From Alkalispirochaeta sp. (GTDB lineage: Bacteria > Spirochaetota > Spirochaetia > DSM-27196 > Alkalispirochaetaceae): a stretch of DNA of 64,000 nucleotides. The DNA is taken from NCBI GenBank assembly GCA_965601925.1, contig OZ271854.1, forward strand, positions 3,168,001 through 3,232,000, read 5' to 3'. Within the stretch, counting starts at the first letter, position 1. Each line of letters starts with the position of its first letter. Below are positions 10,507-20,356 of this stretch, piece after piece. The translations under genes and the position numbers were made by a program. The notes beneath the pieces were generated by a model. That model was not told the DNA's origin, searched no databases, and saw nothing but the letters and a program-made list of their open reading frames with translations.

Positions 10507-10914
10507 ATGAAGATCGGACGTTTTGTCGGGGCAGTGGTCGCCGGAACGGTGTTGAGTACGGTCGCCAATACACTCTACTACGCGGTCACCGCACACGCTC
10601 ATACGTGGGCGGCGACGCGGAGTGAACCGCTGTTCGGGCTTATGATGTTGAATCACGTCGTTTTTGCCCTGCTTCTGACCGCCGTCTACCCGATGATGCG
10701 GCGGCGGGCTTCGGCGTGGCGCGACGGGTTCACATTCGGCGTGCTCATGGGGCTCATCATGTTCGTTCCGACGGGGCTAGTCGTGAGGGCGGCGTGGACC
10801 GTACCGATAACGGCTTTCTTTGCCGCCGATATTCTCTTTCACGCCCTGGTCACCGGAGGGCTCGGTGTCGTCGTCGCCACGATTCTGGGGCCAAGGACGA
10901 CCGTCGGCGCGTAG
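10507..10914 (+). CDS. Small 4-TM membrane protein, probable target of the divergent GlxA regulator
   Basis: RBS AAGGAG; four hydrophobic segments. Confidence 0.7.
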   Translation: MKIGRFVGAVVAGTVLSTVANTLYYAVTAHAHTWAATRSEPLFGLMMLNHVVFALLLTAVYPMMRRRASAWRDGFTFGVLMGLIMFVPTGLVVRAAWTVPITAFFAADILFHALVTGGLGVVVATILGPRTTVGA

Positions 10915-10932
10915 CGCCCCACCGACGCGCCG

Positions 10933-12522
10933 CTACGGTTCGTTTTGAACGCTCGGAAGCGTGACCGTGACCTCTGCGCCCGTCCGTCCGTCGCTCCGGC
11001 CGCCGGCTTGTACCGTGCCGCCGACCGACTCCGCGATGGAGCGTACGATACTCAGCCCCAGTCCCAAGTGGCCGTTGCGATCGGCCCGGGAGGTATAGAA
11101 CCGATCGAAGGCGCGCTCGATCTCTTCGAATCCTCCTCCCTCGTCGCGTACCCGCAGAATCACCCACTCACCCTCCCGAACGGAGGAGGTGCTCCCTTCG
11201 ACGGCGATCGTGGAGCCGTCCGGTGAGAAGCTGCGAGCGTTGTCCACGAGGTTATCGACGATTTGATACAGACGATGCTCGGTTAAGGGTACGCGCGAGG
11301 CGGCGGCATCCGACGAGAGATCAAGGGTCACGGTGTGGTGAGCGTAGCGGGAACGCGCCTCCTGCGTCGCACCGATGAGTGCCCCCTCCACAGCACTCGA
11401 TGCGCGCGGATCGACGCCGGCATCTATGCGGGAGAGTTCTCGTACACCTTCGATGATCGCCTGGGCGCGTGCGACGTCGGCGCGGGCGCGATACAAGCAC
11501 TGCTGCCGGCGCTCTTCGTCGCCTGGGTCGAGCGCCATTTCGCAGTTGGCCGCGATACTCGCCAGCGGGTTTTTCAACTCGTGCGACACGTCCGAGGCGA
11601 ACCCCTCCAGACGACTCGTATATCCCTGAATCTGTGACGTGAGCTCCGACAGCGAGCGCGACAACCCGCCGATCTCATCCCGTCTCCGTGCCGGCAGGAT
11701 CGGAGCGCGGAGCCGTCCGTGTTCGTCCACCGCTTCGCGGGAGCGCCGCTCGATGAGTGCGATCGGACGTGCGATGGTGAGTGAGAGAAAGATGCTGACG
11801 ACGATCGACGCCGCCAAGCACCAGAGGAACGTCGTGAATACATCGATGCGAATTCGGTAGAGATTCTGCAGTATGCGAAACGTCGACTGCGAAGCGAGAA
11901 CGGCGCCTACCACCTCCCCGTTTCGCCGGATCGGCAACGCGCTGTAGAGCGTAACCGAAATCTGTCCGCCGGCGGAGACGCGCGTGGCCGCACCGTATCG
12001 GCCCTCCAGAGCCGCCCGTACTTCGCTCCCGCTGCGAAATGTAGCTGTCGCATAGAAGTCGGCGGTCGGTAGCGGCGTCTGCGGTTCCCCCGCGAGGCTG
12101 CGAGCCGTACGGGCGGGCAACGAGCCGGCGCGATATAACAGCGACTCACGCGGACCGGGAGCGGGTTCGACCGGCGAGGAGCGAGGCGTCTCGGGGGACT
12201 CCGGAGCTGCAAGCGGTGCCAATGTGCTTGTATCCGCGAGGAGATTGCCCTCACCGTCGATGACGCGCAGTCGGGAGCGATGTTGACCTCGCAACGCCCT
12301 CAACAACGCTTGTGCGCTCGGTCCGTCCACCGTCGGAGAGATCGAAAGGGCGGCGGCGACGATACGCCCCTGCTGTACCAAGCTCTGTTCCAGGGCGTCC
12401 AGGAGTTGTTCTTCGTAGGTGTCCAAGAACAGTAGCGAGGCGATCGGCAGGAAGACGATCAGGACGTTGAGCACGAGAATGCGCGTCGCGATTCGAAAGA
12501 CGAGGGGACGTCGCTCAGCCAC
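10933..12522 (-). CDS. Membrane sensor histidine kinase (ChvG/CreC-like)
   Basis: 2 TM, HAMP (RDEIGGLSRSL), H-box DVSHELKNPL, NLVDNARSFS, DEGGG and GLGLSIV. Confidence 0.9.
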   Translation of the reverse strand: MAERRPLVFRIATRILVLNVLIVFLPIASLLFLDTYEEQLLDALEQSLVQQGRIVAAALSISPTVDGPSAQALLRALRGQHRSRLRVIDGEGNLLADTSTLAPLAAPESPETPRSSPVEPAPGPRESLLYRAGSLPARTARSLAGEPQTPLPTADFYATATFRSGSEVRAALEGRYGAATRVSAGGQISVTLYSALPIRRNGEVVGAVLASQSTFRILQNLYRIRIDVFTTFLWCLAASIVVSIFLSLTIARPIALIERRSREAVDEHGRLRAPILPARRRDEIGGLSRSLSELTSQIQGYTSRLEGFASDVSHELKNPLASIAANCEMALDPGDEERRQQCLYRARADVARAQAIIEGVRELSRIDAGVDPRASSAVEGALIGATQEARSRYAHHTVTLDLSSDAAASRVPLTEHRLYQIVDNLVDNARSFSPDGSTIAVEGSTSSVREGEWVILRVRDEGGGFEEIERAFDRFYTSRADRNGHLGLGLSIVRSIAESVGGTVQAGGRSDGRTGAEVTVTLPSVQNEP

Positions 12523-13225
12523 CGGCGCGGCTCTCGTGGTAGCGGTAACCCGCTCCGTAGACCGCCGAGATCGCACCGAAGGCGGCGCCCGACTCTTCGA
12601 ACTTTCTGCGAATGCGCCGAATATGGCTATCGATACTGCGCTCGGTGACGAACACGTCGTCGGGATAGGCGGCGCGAAGCAGTTGCTCCCGGCTGAGTAC
12701 CGCGCCCTCGTGGCGTACCAGCGCCTCGAGGAGCGAGAACTCGGTGACCGTCAGCGGTATCACCTCGTCGCGCCATCGGACGCGGATCGCCTCGGGGTCC
12801 AATGTAAGATCGCCGCAGACGAGTTGCGGCCTCGAGACGGCGTGTGTCGCACCACGAGCGGCAAGGTGCACGCGCCGCTCCAGGGCGCGTACCCGTGCTA
12901 CGAGCTCGCGTACCGAGAAGGGCTTGCAGAGATAGTCGTCCGCGCCGAGCTCCAACCCCACGACGCGATCGATCTCCTCATCTTTGGAACTCAGAAATAT
13001 AACCGGCATTGTTTGCGAGCGAGCGCGAATACGGCGGCACAGCTCCAGACCGTCCATGCGCGGCATTACGATATCGAGTATCGCGAGATCGGGAATACGA
13101 TTCGTCCACGCGTGCCACGCCTCTTCTCCGTCTCGGAAGGTCGTTACCGCGTACCCCGCCTCCTCGAGCGCAAGGGCGACCACTTCGCGTACACCCCCTT
13201 CGTCCTCAACAACAGCGACCGTCAT
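12515..13225 (-). CDS. OmpR-family response regulator (ChvI/CreB-like)
   Basis: VVEDE, LDIVMP, GADDYLCKPF, LTVTEF and SIDSHIRRIRRKF. Confidence 0.93.
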   Translation of the reverse strand: MTVAVVEDEGGVREVVALALEEAGYAVTTFRDGEEAWHAWTNRIPDLAILDIVMPRMDGLELCRRIRARSQTMPVIFLSSKDEEIDRVVGLELGADDYLCKPFSVRELVARVRALERRVHLAARGATHAVSRPQLVCGDLTLDPEAIRVRWRDEVIPLTVTEFSLLEALVRHEGAVLSREQLLRAAYPDDVFVTERSIDSHIRRIRRKFEESGAAFGAISAVYGAGYRYHESRAGG

Positions 13226-13289
13226 GTATCCGAGAGCGTACCACACCGTATCTTACCGCACCATCGCGTCGCGTACCGACGGGGCAATG

Positions 13290-13305
13290 GTCACTATTCG
13301 GTCAC
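13290..13305 (+). promoter_or_regulatory. cre-tag-like direct repeat upstream of creD
   Basis: GTCAC-tattcg-GTCAC, similar to the CreB/BlrA site TTCAC-N6-TTCAC. Confidence 0.6.
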
Positions 13306-13380
13306 ATTTGATCGTTGTTTCGTGACAATGGGAGCGCAATGTCGTCGCAACGAGGCGGTATCCTTCGCATCGAGGTTATT

Positions 13381-14778
13381 ATGGACACGGAAACAAACAA
13401 CAATGGTTTTTGGAGATCGCCCGGGTTTCGGACGGGTTTGAGAATCGTCGTCTTGATCGTGCTGCTTCTGGTACTGCTTGTTCCGTTGCATATGGTGCGT
13501 TCTATCGTCCGGGAGCGCGAACGCCGGCACGCTCAGACGGTGGAAGAGATCGTGACCCTGCAAGGTGGGCGCCAAGAGCTCATCGGGCCCCTCGTTTCCA
13601 TTCCCATCACCGAGCGTTACCTCGACGACGAGGGTATAGCGCGATTTCGCGTCAGAGATGTGTTGGTTGTGTCGGAGGCGATGGAAGCGACGGTCACGCT
13701 CGATCCCGAGCTTTTGTCGCGGGGTATCTACGAGGTTCCGGTATATGAGGCCGGTATCGAAATCGGCGCATCGGTTACGTTACCGTCCGCCGAGGAGATC
13801 TCCTTCGCCGGTACCGGTGTACAACAGATACACTGGAATGAAGCGGTTCTTGTGCTCGGAATACACGGCGTCTCGGGGTTGCGCACCGCCCCTTCGGTAA
13901 CGGTAGACGGCCTCTCTTCCGAAGTCGAAAGCGGAGGCGGCGGTCTCTCCTCGATTCGGACGACCTTTGAGGGTGATGCGCCGAGTCGGGGTGCCTACGA
14001 GCGCGGATTCAGCGTCGTGCTTCCCAACGCGGGGCCCGGTACGAACCACGATATCGCGCTCTCCCTCGCCCTATCCGGCGGCAGAAGTTTTCACGCCGTT
14101 CCCACGGCTGAGCATTCTTCCATTGTCATGGAATCCGGCTGGACGAGCCCGAGTTTTACCGGTGATCTGTTACCGAGCTCCCGCAGTCTCTCCGAGGACG
14201 GATTCAGCGCCGAGTGGGAGATGACCGCCCTTGGAATGGGCATGCCCGATCTGTGGATAGGCGGCGCGACGTATCCCGAGTGGTTGGAGACCTCTCGGGT
14301 GGGCGTCGCGCTATTTCAACCGGTAAATCACTATCAACAGACCTTGCGTTCGGTCAAATACGGAGTACTCTTTCTCTTGCTCCCCTTTGTCGCACTCTTT
14401 CTCTTGGAAATGCTCACCGGCGCCAGCATTCATCCGGTTCAGTACCTCCTGATTGCCGCCGCAAAGATCGTCTTTTACCTCTTGCTCCTGTCTCTCAGCG
14501 AGCACATACCCTTCGTAGCGGCCTACTGGAGCGGCGCGACGGCTACCGTCGTTTTGGCGACGCTCTACGTCGCGGCATTTCTGCGCCGAAAGAGTCATGC
14601 GTTCCTTTTGGGCGGGATGATCGCCGCAGAGTACGTATTTCTCTTTTCGGCGCTGCAGAGCGAGGACTACGCGCTTCTCATCGGCTCGGTCGGCCTGTTC
14701 GCGCTGTTGGCGGCCGTGATGATGGCGACGCGGAGAATCGATTGGTGCGGAGGCGTCGGTGAGAGACGCGTGACGTAG
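13381..14778 (+). CDS. creD: Inner membrane protein CreD
   Basis: RGIYEVPVY, WTSPSFTG, RSVKYGVLF, IHPVQYLL, YLLLLSLSEH and SEDYALLIGS...TRRIDW. Confidence 0.93.
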   Translation: MDTETNNNGFWRSPGFRTGLRIVVLIVLLLVLLVPLHMVRSIVRERERRHAQTVEEIVTLQGGRQELIGPLVSIPITERYLDDEGIARFRVRDVLVVSEAMEATVTLDPELLSRGIYEVPVYEAGIEIGASVTLPSAEEISFAGTGVQQIHWNEAVLVLGIHGVSGLRTAPSVTVDGLSSEVESGGGGLSSIRTTFEGDAPSRGAYERGFSVVLPNAGPGTNHDIALSLALSGGRSFHAVPTAEHSSIVMESGWTSPSFTGDLLPSSRSLSEDGFSAEWEMTALGMGMPDLWIGGATYPEWLETSRVGVALFQPVNHYQQTLRSVKYGVLFLLLPFVALFLLEMLTGASIHPVQYLLIAAAKIVFYLLLLSLSEHIPFVAAYWSGATATVVLATLYVAAFLRRKSHAFLLGGMIAAEYVFLFSALQSEDYALLIGSVGLFALLAAVMMATRRIDWCGGVGERRVT

Positions 14779-14903
14779 AGAGGTTCACGGCGTGTAACGA
14801 CGGAGGTCCTCCGTGGTTAACGATAGTAGGTGCGACCCGTATCCCCGGCGGGCATAGGCGCTGCGTGCGTGTCTCGAGTACGGGTCGGTCAGGGGGTGAG
14901 GTT

Positions 14904-15149
14904 ATGAGTGTAGAGCAGTTGGCCGCGTTTTTGCTGTGGTGCGCCGTGTTGAACAGCGGTCTCTTAGTCCTGTGGGGGCTGCTGTTCCTCTTCGGTCGCC
15001 GCGTAATGTTTTCGATCCACGCGAGATGGTTCGCGCTCAGCGAGGAGAGCTTCGCGCGTATTCACTACGCGGGCATGCTATGTTACAAGCTCGGAATTGT
15101 TCTCTTTACCATTGTCCCGTTTGTCGTGTTGAGGCTTTTTGTGATGTAG
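14904..15149 (+). CDS. Small membrane protein (DUF6868-like)
   Basis: FLLWCAVLN...IHARWF..SEESF..IHY..M..YK pattern. Confidence 0.65.
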   Translation: MSVEQLAAFLLWCAVLNSGLLVLWGLLFLFGRRVMFSIHARWFALSEESFARIHYAGMLCYKLGIVLFTIVPFVVLRLFVM

Positions 15150-15201
15150 AGAGGTGCCCGGCCCGGCTCACGTGCCGGGGCACGGAGCGGATGTACAACC
15201 G

Positions 15202-15615
15202 CTATCGCAGAACCGCCAAGAGGTGTTCCTCGATCTCCTGCATGTTAAGCTGTAACGTCGACGACTTACCCTCCGGTTTGGCGAGTACGTCGGCGGCGCC
15301 GAGAACGCGCGCCTTTTTCACATTCGTCTCGTTCTCACTCATAGTGCCGCTCAAGATCACCACCGGCATACGCGGGTCGATCGTTCCCTCCCGTTGCATC
15401 GTTTTGATCTCTTTGAGCGCCGTGAGACCGTCTTTCTCCGGCATCTCGACATCGAAGCAGGCGATGTCCGGTTTTTTCTCCACGATCATATCGATACCTT
15501 CCTGACCGTTTTTCGCCAGATAGACTTCGTCCCAGTTTCCACTTCCGGCGAGGTAACCCTCCATGCCGGCCCGGATGAGTAGCGAGTCGTCGACAATGAT
15601 TATGCGGTATCCCAT
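15202..15615 (-). CDS. Stand-alone response regulator receiver (CheB-REC-like)
   Basis: IVDDS, FDVEMP, VILS and LAKP motifs. Confidence 0.85.
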   Translation of the reverse strand: MGYRIIIVDDSLLIRAGMEGYLAGSGNWDEVYLAKNGQEGIDMIVEKKPDIACFDVEMPEKDGLTALKEIKTMQREGTIDPRMPVVILSGTMSENETNVKKARVLGAADVLAKPEGKSSTLQLNMQEIEEHLLAVLR

Positions 15616-15656
15616 CGTAGTGCCTCCTGTGCGCCTCTTGGTCGGCCGCGGCGCTC

Positions 15657-16718
15657 CTACCGACCGTGCAGTAAATGCTCTCTGATTCGGTCGGCAATGG
15701 TGTCAAGAGAGCATACGTCGTGTGCCGCGCCGATGTCGATCGCCTCCTTGGGCATACCGAAGACGATCGACGACTCTTCATCTTGGGCGATCGTGTACCC
15801 GCCCCGGTCCTTGATCGCCTTTAACCCTTCCGCACCGTCTCGGCCCATACCGGTGAGGATAACCGCGCACGTGTTCGCCCCCATCGCCTCGGCGACGGAA
15901 TGGAATAGGACGTCGACGGACGGACGGCAGTTGTGGACCTTTGCCTCACGATGCAATCGCACGATCATGTCCGTTCCGCGACCGTGGAGCTCCATGTGAT
16001 CGTTTCCCGGTGCGATGTACACCGTGCCGTCCCGTAGCGCTTCGCCCGCTTCGGCCTCCTTGACACGCACTTCGCACAACGCGTTCAGACGGTCGGCAAA
16101 CGCCTTCGTGAATCCCTGGGGCATGTGGATGACCGCAAGCACCGGCGGCATGTCGGAGCCGAAGGCGCGAAACAATCGTTCCAAAGCGACGGTACCGCCG
16201 GTTGAGGCACCCACTGCTATGAGCTTTTTCGTCGCCTTGAAACGGGAGAACACCCGTGAGCCGGCCTCCGGTCGGGACGACCGGCGCTCTCCCGACCGAA
16301 TGATACTTCGCAGGGTCGAGAAATTCACCGTCGCCGCGGCGCGAATTTTCGTGGCCAAGAGGTCGATTACCTCTTCTACACTGAACGGGCCGCCCGGTTT
16401 GGGGACCAAGTCGACCGCGCCGGCCTCCATCGCCTCCATTGCCAAGCGGTTGTCGCCTTCCAACAGCGATGAGACGATAATCACCGGCATCGGGTAGGAC
16501 TTCATGAGATAGCGCAGGAAGGTGAGGCCGTCCATGCGCGGCATCTCGATGTCGAGGGTAATGACGTCGGGCCGTAGATTCACGATGTGTCGCCGCGCAA
16601 TGTAGGCGTCGGGCGCCGTCGCAACGACCTCGATGTCGTCCACCATAGATAAGCGACTCGTGAGTAGCTCTCGTACCACCGCCGAATCGTCTACGACGAG
16701 CACTTTCGTACTACCCAT
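15657..16718 (-). CDS. cheB: Chemotaxis methylesterase
   Basis: REC domain plus GASTGG, HMP, RPSVDVLF, LTGMGRDGA and VFGMP. Confidence 0.96.
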   Translation of the reverse strand: MGSTKVLVVDDSAVVRELLTSRLSMVDDIEVVATAPDAYIARRHIVNLRPDVITLDIEMPRMDGLTFLRYLMKSYPMPVIIVSSLLEGDNRLAMEAMEAGAVDLVPKPGGPFSVEEVIDLLATKIRAAATVNFSTLRSIIRSGERRSSRPEAGSRVFSRFKATKKLIAVGASTGGTVALERLFRAFGSDMPPVLAVIHMPQGFTKAFADRLNALCEVRVKEAEAGEALRDGTVYIAPGNDHMELHGRGTDMIVRLHREAKVHNCRPSVDVLFHSVAEAMGANTCAVILTGMGRDGAEGLKAIKDRGGYTIAQDEESSIVFGMPKEAIDIGAAHDVCSLDTIADRIREHLLHGR

Positions 16719-17184
16719 CGGCGGCCCCGATTCGCTCCGAAGGGGTAAGCAGCTTCAAGGTGTGTTCGCCGGTGTGGGTGAAGAAGGATACCTTGCGACC
16801 CGTGGTGGCGCCGATGTAGCGTCGCCGTATCGGTACGGAGTATCGTTCGAGTATCTCGCCGGCCACCTCAATGTTCGCGGCGGCGATGCGCATCGAGTCG
16901 GACGATGCGTTGGTGTATGCGCCCCCAAACAAAATCGCCTCCAACTCCGCCGGCCGTGAGCCTAGTTCGAGGAGTAATCGAATAAGCTTGTGCATGGCGG
17001 CGTCGCCGTATCTGGCGGTCGGGACGTTCCCCTCCGTTCGAGGCAACAGAAAGTGGTTCATACCGCCGTGCATTCTGACCCGATCGTACACGGCCACCGC
17101 TACGCAGGAGCCTAAGATGGTGGAGATGATCGCCGGTTCGTCGTCGACGTAAATGGACGCGGGTACGAGAAAATGCTTATGCAT
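16711..17184 (-). CDS. cheD: Chemoreceptor glutamine deamidase
   Basis: TILGSCVAV, GGMNHFLLP, RYGD and FGGA. Confidence 0.92.
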   Translation of the reverse strand: MHKHFLVPASIYVDDEPAIISTILGSCVAVAVYDRVRMHGGMNHFLLPRTEGNVPTARYGDAAMHKLIRLLLELGSRPAELEAILFGGAYTNASSDSMRIAAANIEVAGEILERYSVPIRRRYIGATTGRKVSFFTHTGEHTLKLLTPSERIGAADG

Positions 17185-18010
17185 CGCGCTTCCGGTATAC
17201 CGACGGGCCGATTTGCTGCATATCGACGCCGGTTCCAACCAGGCTTTCCGATTGGCCGAGAAAGAGCGCGCCGTGGGTCTTCAAGTTGGCGAGGAGCGTC
17301 CCAAGTACCTGCGTTCGCGTTTCGCGGTCGAAGTAGATCATCACGTTTCTGCAGAAGATGAAGTCGAACTGTCGCTCGAAACGCAACGGATCGACGAGAT
17401 TCAACTGCTTGGCGAGAATTCTCTCCTTGACGTAGCCTTTGAGCTCAAACCGGGTCGATCCGTTCGATGTTCTCGGGACGAAGTACTTTTTGTGGAGCTC
17501 CGGGGAGAGATTTCCCAGTTTGGCGCGATCGTAGATCCCTCGCTTCATCGTGAAGAGCACCGTCTTATCGATATCGCTGGCGATAATCAAGAAGTCGTGA
17601 ATGCCGTGTTCGTGAAGAGTGATAGCGAGGGAGTACACCTCCTCACCGGTGCTGGCCGCGGCGCACCAGATGGCGGGCGCGCTTATACGTTCGCGCTTGA
17701 TGTGGTTTATCAAGACCGCGAACTGATGCTCCTCGCGGAAGAAATACGTGTAGTTGACCGTAGTATACTGGATCATCAAGTTCCAGAAGTGCTCCTCCCG
17801 GTTGCGGAGCCGCTCGTACAACTCCTCGGGAGAACGCACCCCCTCCCTCCGGAGGAGCTTCCCGACCTTCACTTTGAACGAGTAGAGTTTTTCGTCGCTG
17901 ATGTGGATCCCAAGCTCCGCTTGGGTCAAATCGCGCAGGCGCAACAACAGCGAGTCGTCGTGCAACGCGTCATCTGCAGCGCGCCTCGGTCGTCTTTCAG
18001 AAGTGTGCAA
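17177..18010 (-). CDS. cheR: Chemotaxis methyltransferase
   Basis: [37 protein letters not shown] and GQSESL. Start uncertain. Confidence 0.94.
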   Translation of the reverse strand: MHTSERRPRRAADDALHDDSLLLRLRDLTQAELGIHISDEKLYSFKVKVGKLLRREGVRSPEELYERLRNREEHFWNLMIQYTTVNYTYFFREEHQFAVLINHIKRERISAPAIWCAAASTGEEVYSLAITLHEHGIHDFLIIASDIDKTVLFTMKRGIYDRAKLGNLSPELHKKYFVPRTSNGSTRFELKGYVKERILAKQLNLVDPLRFERQFDFIFCRNVMIYFDRETRTQVLGTLLANLKTHGALFLGQSESLVGTGVDMQQIGPSVYRKRDA

Positions 18011-19853
18011 ACTCCTCGTCCTCTTCGAAGGGAATCACCTCCTCGGGGGCGACGATCTTTTTGAGCGTCCCCTTCGCCGCTATTTGCCGCGGTGCCTCGG
18101 GCGATTCATCCGGACGTGCGTCTTCGGCGTATCGTCGCACCGGGTGGGAAGGCCGTGGAGCGGCGTTCCCCCGCCGCTTTCGTCCCTCGACCAGATCGGC
18201 GAGGGACTCCACCATCGCGTTCAACGTCTCGGACTGCGCCGACAGCTCCTCTGCCGAACTCGCCGATTCTTCCGCGCTTCCGGCGTTGGATTGCACCACC
18301 TTGTCGAAATCGAGAATCGCGCGATTGATTTGCTCGATACCCTCGCTCTGCTGACCGCTGGCGGTCTCTACCTCTTGGGACATCTCGGTGACCTTCGAGG
18401 ATTGATTGGTCATACTCTGGAAAAGCTCGGTCATTTTCCGGGCGAGTTCAAGCGTCGATTCGATCTTTTTGAGCGAGTCCTCGACGAGCTCGGAGGTCTC
18501 CTGGGCCGATTCGCCGCTCTTATTGGCCAGATTCTTCACTTCGTCGGCGACGACTGCGAACCCCATGCCCGCCTCACCGGCGCGGGCCGCCTCGACGGCG
18601 GCGTTCAGCGCCAGGATGTTGGTCTGAAACGCAATGGTGTCGATCACCTTGATGATCGCTTTGATCTCGCCGGAGGCGTCGTTCAGTTCCTCCATGGCGG
18701 TGAGCAGTTCGTTCATCCTTCCCGCCCCGTCGCTGCTGCTCTGCGAGGAGGCGATGGCCAGGCTGTGCATGTGTTTGGCGTTGTCCGCGTTCTGGCCGAT
18801 CATGGAGACGAGCTGTTCGATCGAGGCCGTCGTCTCCTCGATTCCCGCGGCCTGTTCCGAGGCGCCATTTGCGATATCTTGGCTCGTCGCCGACAGCTCC
18901 GCCGATGCGTTGGCTATCTGAAGAGACGAGCTCGACAACTCGCGAATCGTCGCATTCAACGGCTTGGAGATTCGTCTCGCAATGAGGAGCGACAGTGCAA
19001 GCCCCAGGACGATCGAGACGACGGTCACGACGACGATCAACGCAAGGGCGTCGCGTTCGTGCATTTCGGCGCGCAGAGCCGACTCTTGAGTAAAGAGCTC
19101 TATCTCCTCCAGCAGTGCGGTCAACGCGTTCGCAAGCTGCTCCTCTTCCGCGGCGATCAGCGGTTCGAACTCCTCTATCGTTTCGATTCTTCCGAGGCGG
19201 ACGGCGTCGAGGAGTACCGCGGTATGCTCCTCGTAATCGGCGCGCGCCGCCTCGATGACCACCAACTGCGCGGCTACGCGTCGAAACTCCTCGGCGGCTC
19301 GTGCCTCTTGCCGGCCGTTGAGGAAGCCGGCAACCAACGCTTGAGCGTCCTCGAGCTCGGTTCTGATCGTCGCAGTCTCTCCGTTGAACGTCACGATGGA
19401 CGATGCGAGTTCTGGCGCGTCGCTGCCGGAGCGATAGAACGTTTTAAGAATTTGCTCCAAGCGCCGACCTTGAATGAGTTTGTGTTCGGTGAGTCTCGTC
19501 ACGTACGTCGTGAGCGGAATGTCTTCCTCGGCGATGCTCGTGAGCTCTTCCCCGATACTCTGCATCATCACGATCGCCAATGCCAATCCGCCGACAAGGA
19601 GGACCAAGAGCGTGAATGCAATCGAGAGTATCTGCTTATTGACGCTCATTTTCAGCGCCGTTTTGCGGTAGATGAGCAAAAAGAAGACCAGTAGCGCAAA
19701 GACAAACAGTGCGACGCCGACGATCACGTACGCGCCGATACCGCTCTCATCCTGTGATGCCTCAAGAAGCGCCGTCTCCCCCGGAGAGACGGCAAACAGG
19801 GCGGCGGCGACAACGATCATGCACGCACAGAGCAGTATGCATTTTTTCGTCAT
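17997..19853 (-). CDS. Methyl-accepting chemotaxis protein
   Basis: TM helices, 4-helix-bundle-like sensor and the [33 protein letters not shown] signalling hairpin. Confidence 0.95.
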   Translation of the reverse strand: MTKKCILLCACMIVVAAALFAVSPGETALLEASQDESGIGAYVIVGVALFVFALLVFFLLIYRKTALKMSVNKQILSIAFTLLVLLVGGLALAIVMMQSIGEELTSIAEEDIPLTTYVTRLTEHKLIQGRRLEQILKTFYRSGSDAPELASSIVTFNGETATIRTELEDAQALVAGFLNGRQEARAAEEFRRVAAQLVVIEAARADYEEHTAVLLDAVRLGRIETIEEFEPLIAAEEEQLANALTALLEEIELFTQESALRAEMHERDALALIVVVTVVSIVLGLALSLLIARRISKPLNATIRELSSSSLQIANASAELSATSQDIANGASEQAAGIEETTASIEQLVSMIGQNADNAKHMHSLAIASSQSSSDGAGRMNELLTAMEELNDASGEIKAIIKVIDTIAFQTNILALNAAVEAARAGEAGMGFAVVADEVKNLANKSGESAQETSELVEDSLKKIESTLELARKMTELFQSMTNQSSKVTEMSQEVETASGQQSEGIEQINRAILDFDKVVQSNAGSAEESASSAEELSAQSETLNAMVESLADLVEGRKRRGNAAPRPSHPVRRYAEDARPDESPEAPRQIAAKGTLKKIVAPEEVIPFEEDEEFAHF

Positions 19854-20356
19854 GGTGTTTCTCCTTCGTGTTCCACGGAACCGAGTAGGGTGAACTCTTC
19901 TTCGCTGAACATCTTCTGGACGTCCAGGATAACTTTGACGTGAGTACCGAAGTCGGCCACTCCGTTGATATATTGGCTTTTGATGCGCGCCTTGATGTAG
20001 GCGAGCTCGGAGATCTGCTCGGCCGGAATCGCGACGACCTCCTTCGTTTCGTCTACGACCAGTCCCATGAGCATTTCCGTCTCGCCGAACGTGACCTCGA
20101 CGACGATGATGCAGGTCCGCTCCCCGTACGTACCGCCGGGCAGCTCAAAGCGCTTTTTGAGATCTATGATCGGAATGATGTTGCCCCGGAGATTGATGAC
20201 TCCTTGAATAAAATCGGGCGTTTGCGGCAGCGGCGTGATCTGAGGTAACGCCATGATCTCACGCACCTGCGTGATTTCGATGCAGTACTCCTCCTCGAGA
20301 AGGACGAAGTTGAGGTACTTATCCCCGAGGGCCAGGATGCTTCTTTTATGTTCCAT
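19850..20356 (-). CDS. cheW: Chemotaxis coupling protein
   Basis: [23 protein letters not shown] and GLVVDE. Confidence 0.95.
   Translation of the reverse strand: MEHKRSILALGDKYLNFVLLEEEYCIEITQVREIMALPQITPLPQTPDFIQGVINLRGNIIPIIDLKKRFELPGGTYGERTCIIVVEVTFGETEMLMGLVVDETKEVVAIPAEQISELAYIKARIKSQYINGVADFGTHVKVILDVQKMFSEEEFTLLGSVEHEGETP

Noticed and set aside
14783..14799. Second cre-tag-like site before the DUF6868-like gene
   Set aside because: Only one good TTCAC half-site.
17901..19694. 597-aa plus-strand ORF, and similar long antisense ORFs (12419-13441, 27373-28743, 42151-43290, 53126-54484)
   Set aside because: They shadow well-supported genes on the opposite strand, have no recognisable motifs, and are expected in high-GC DNA.
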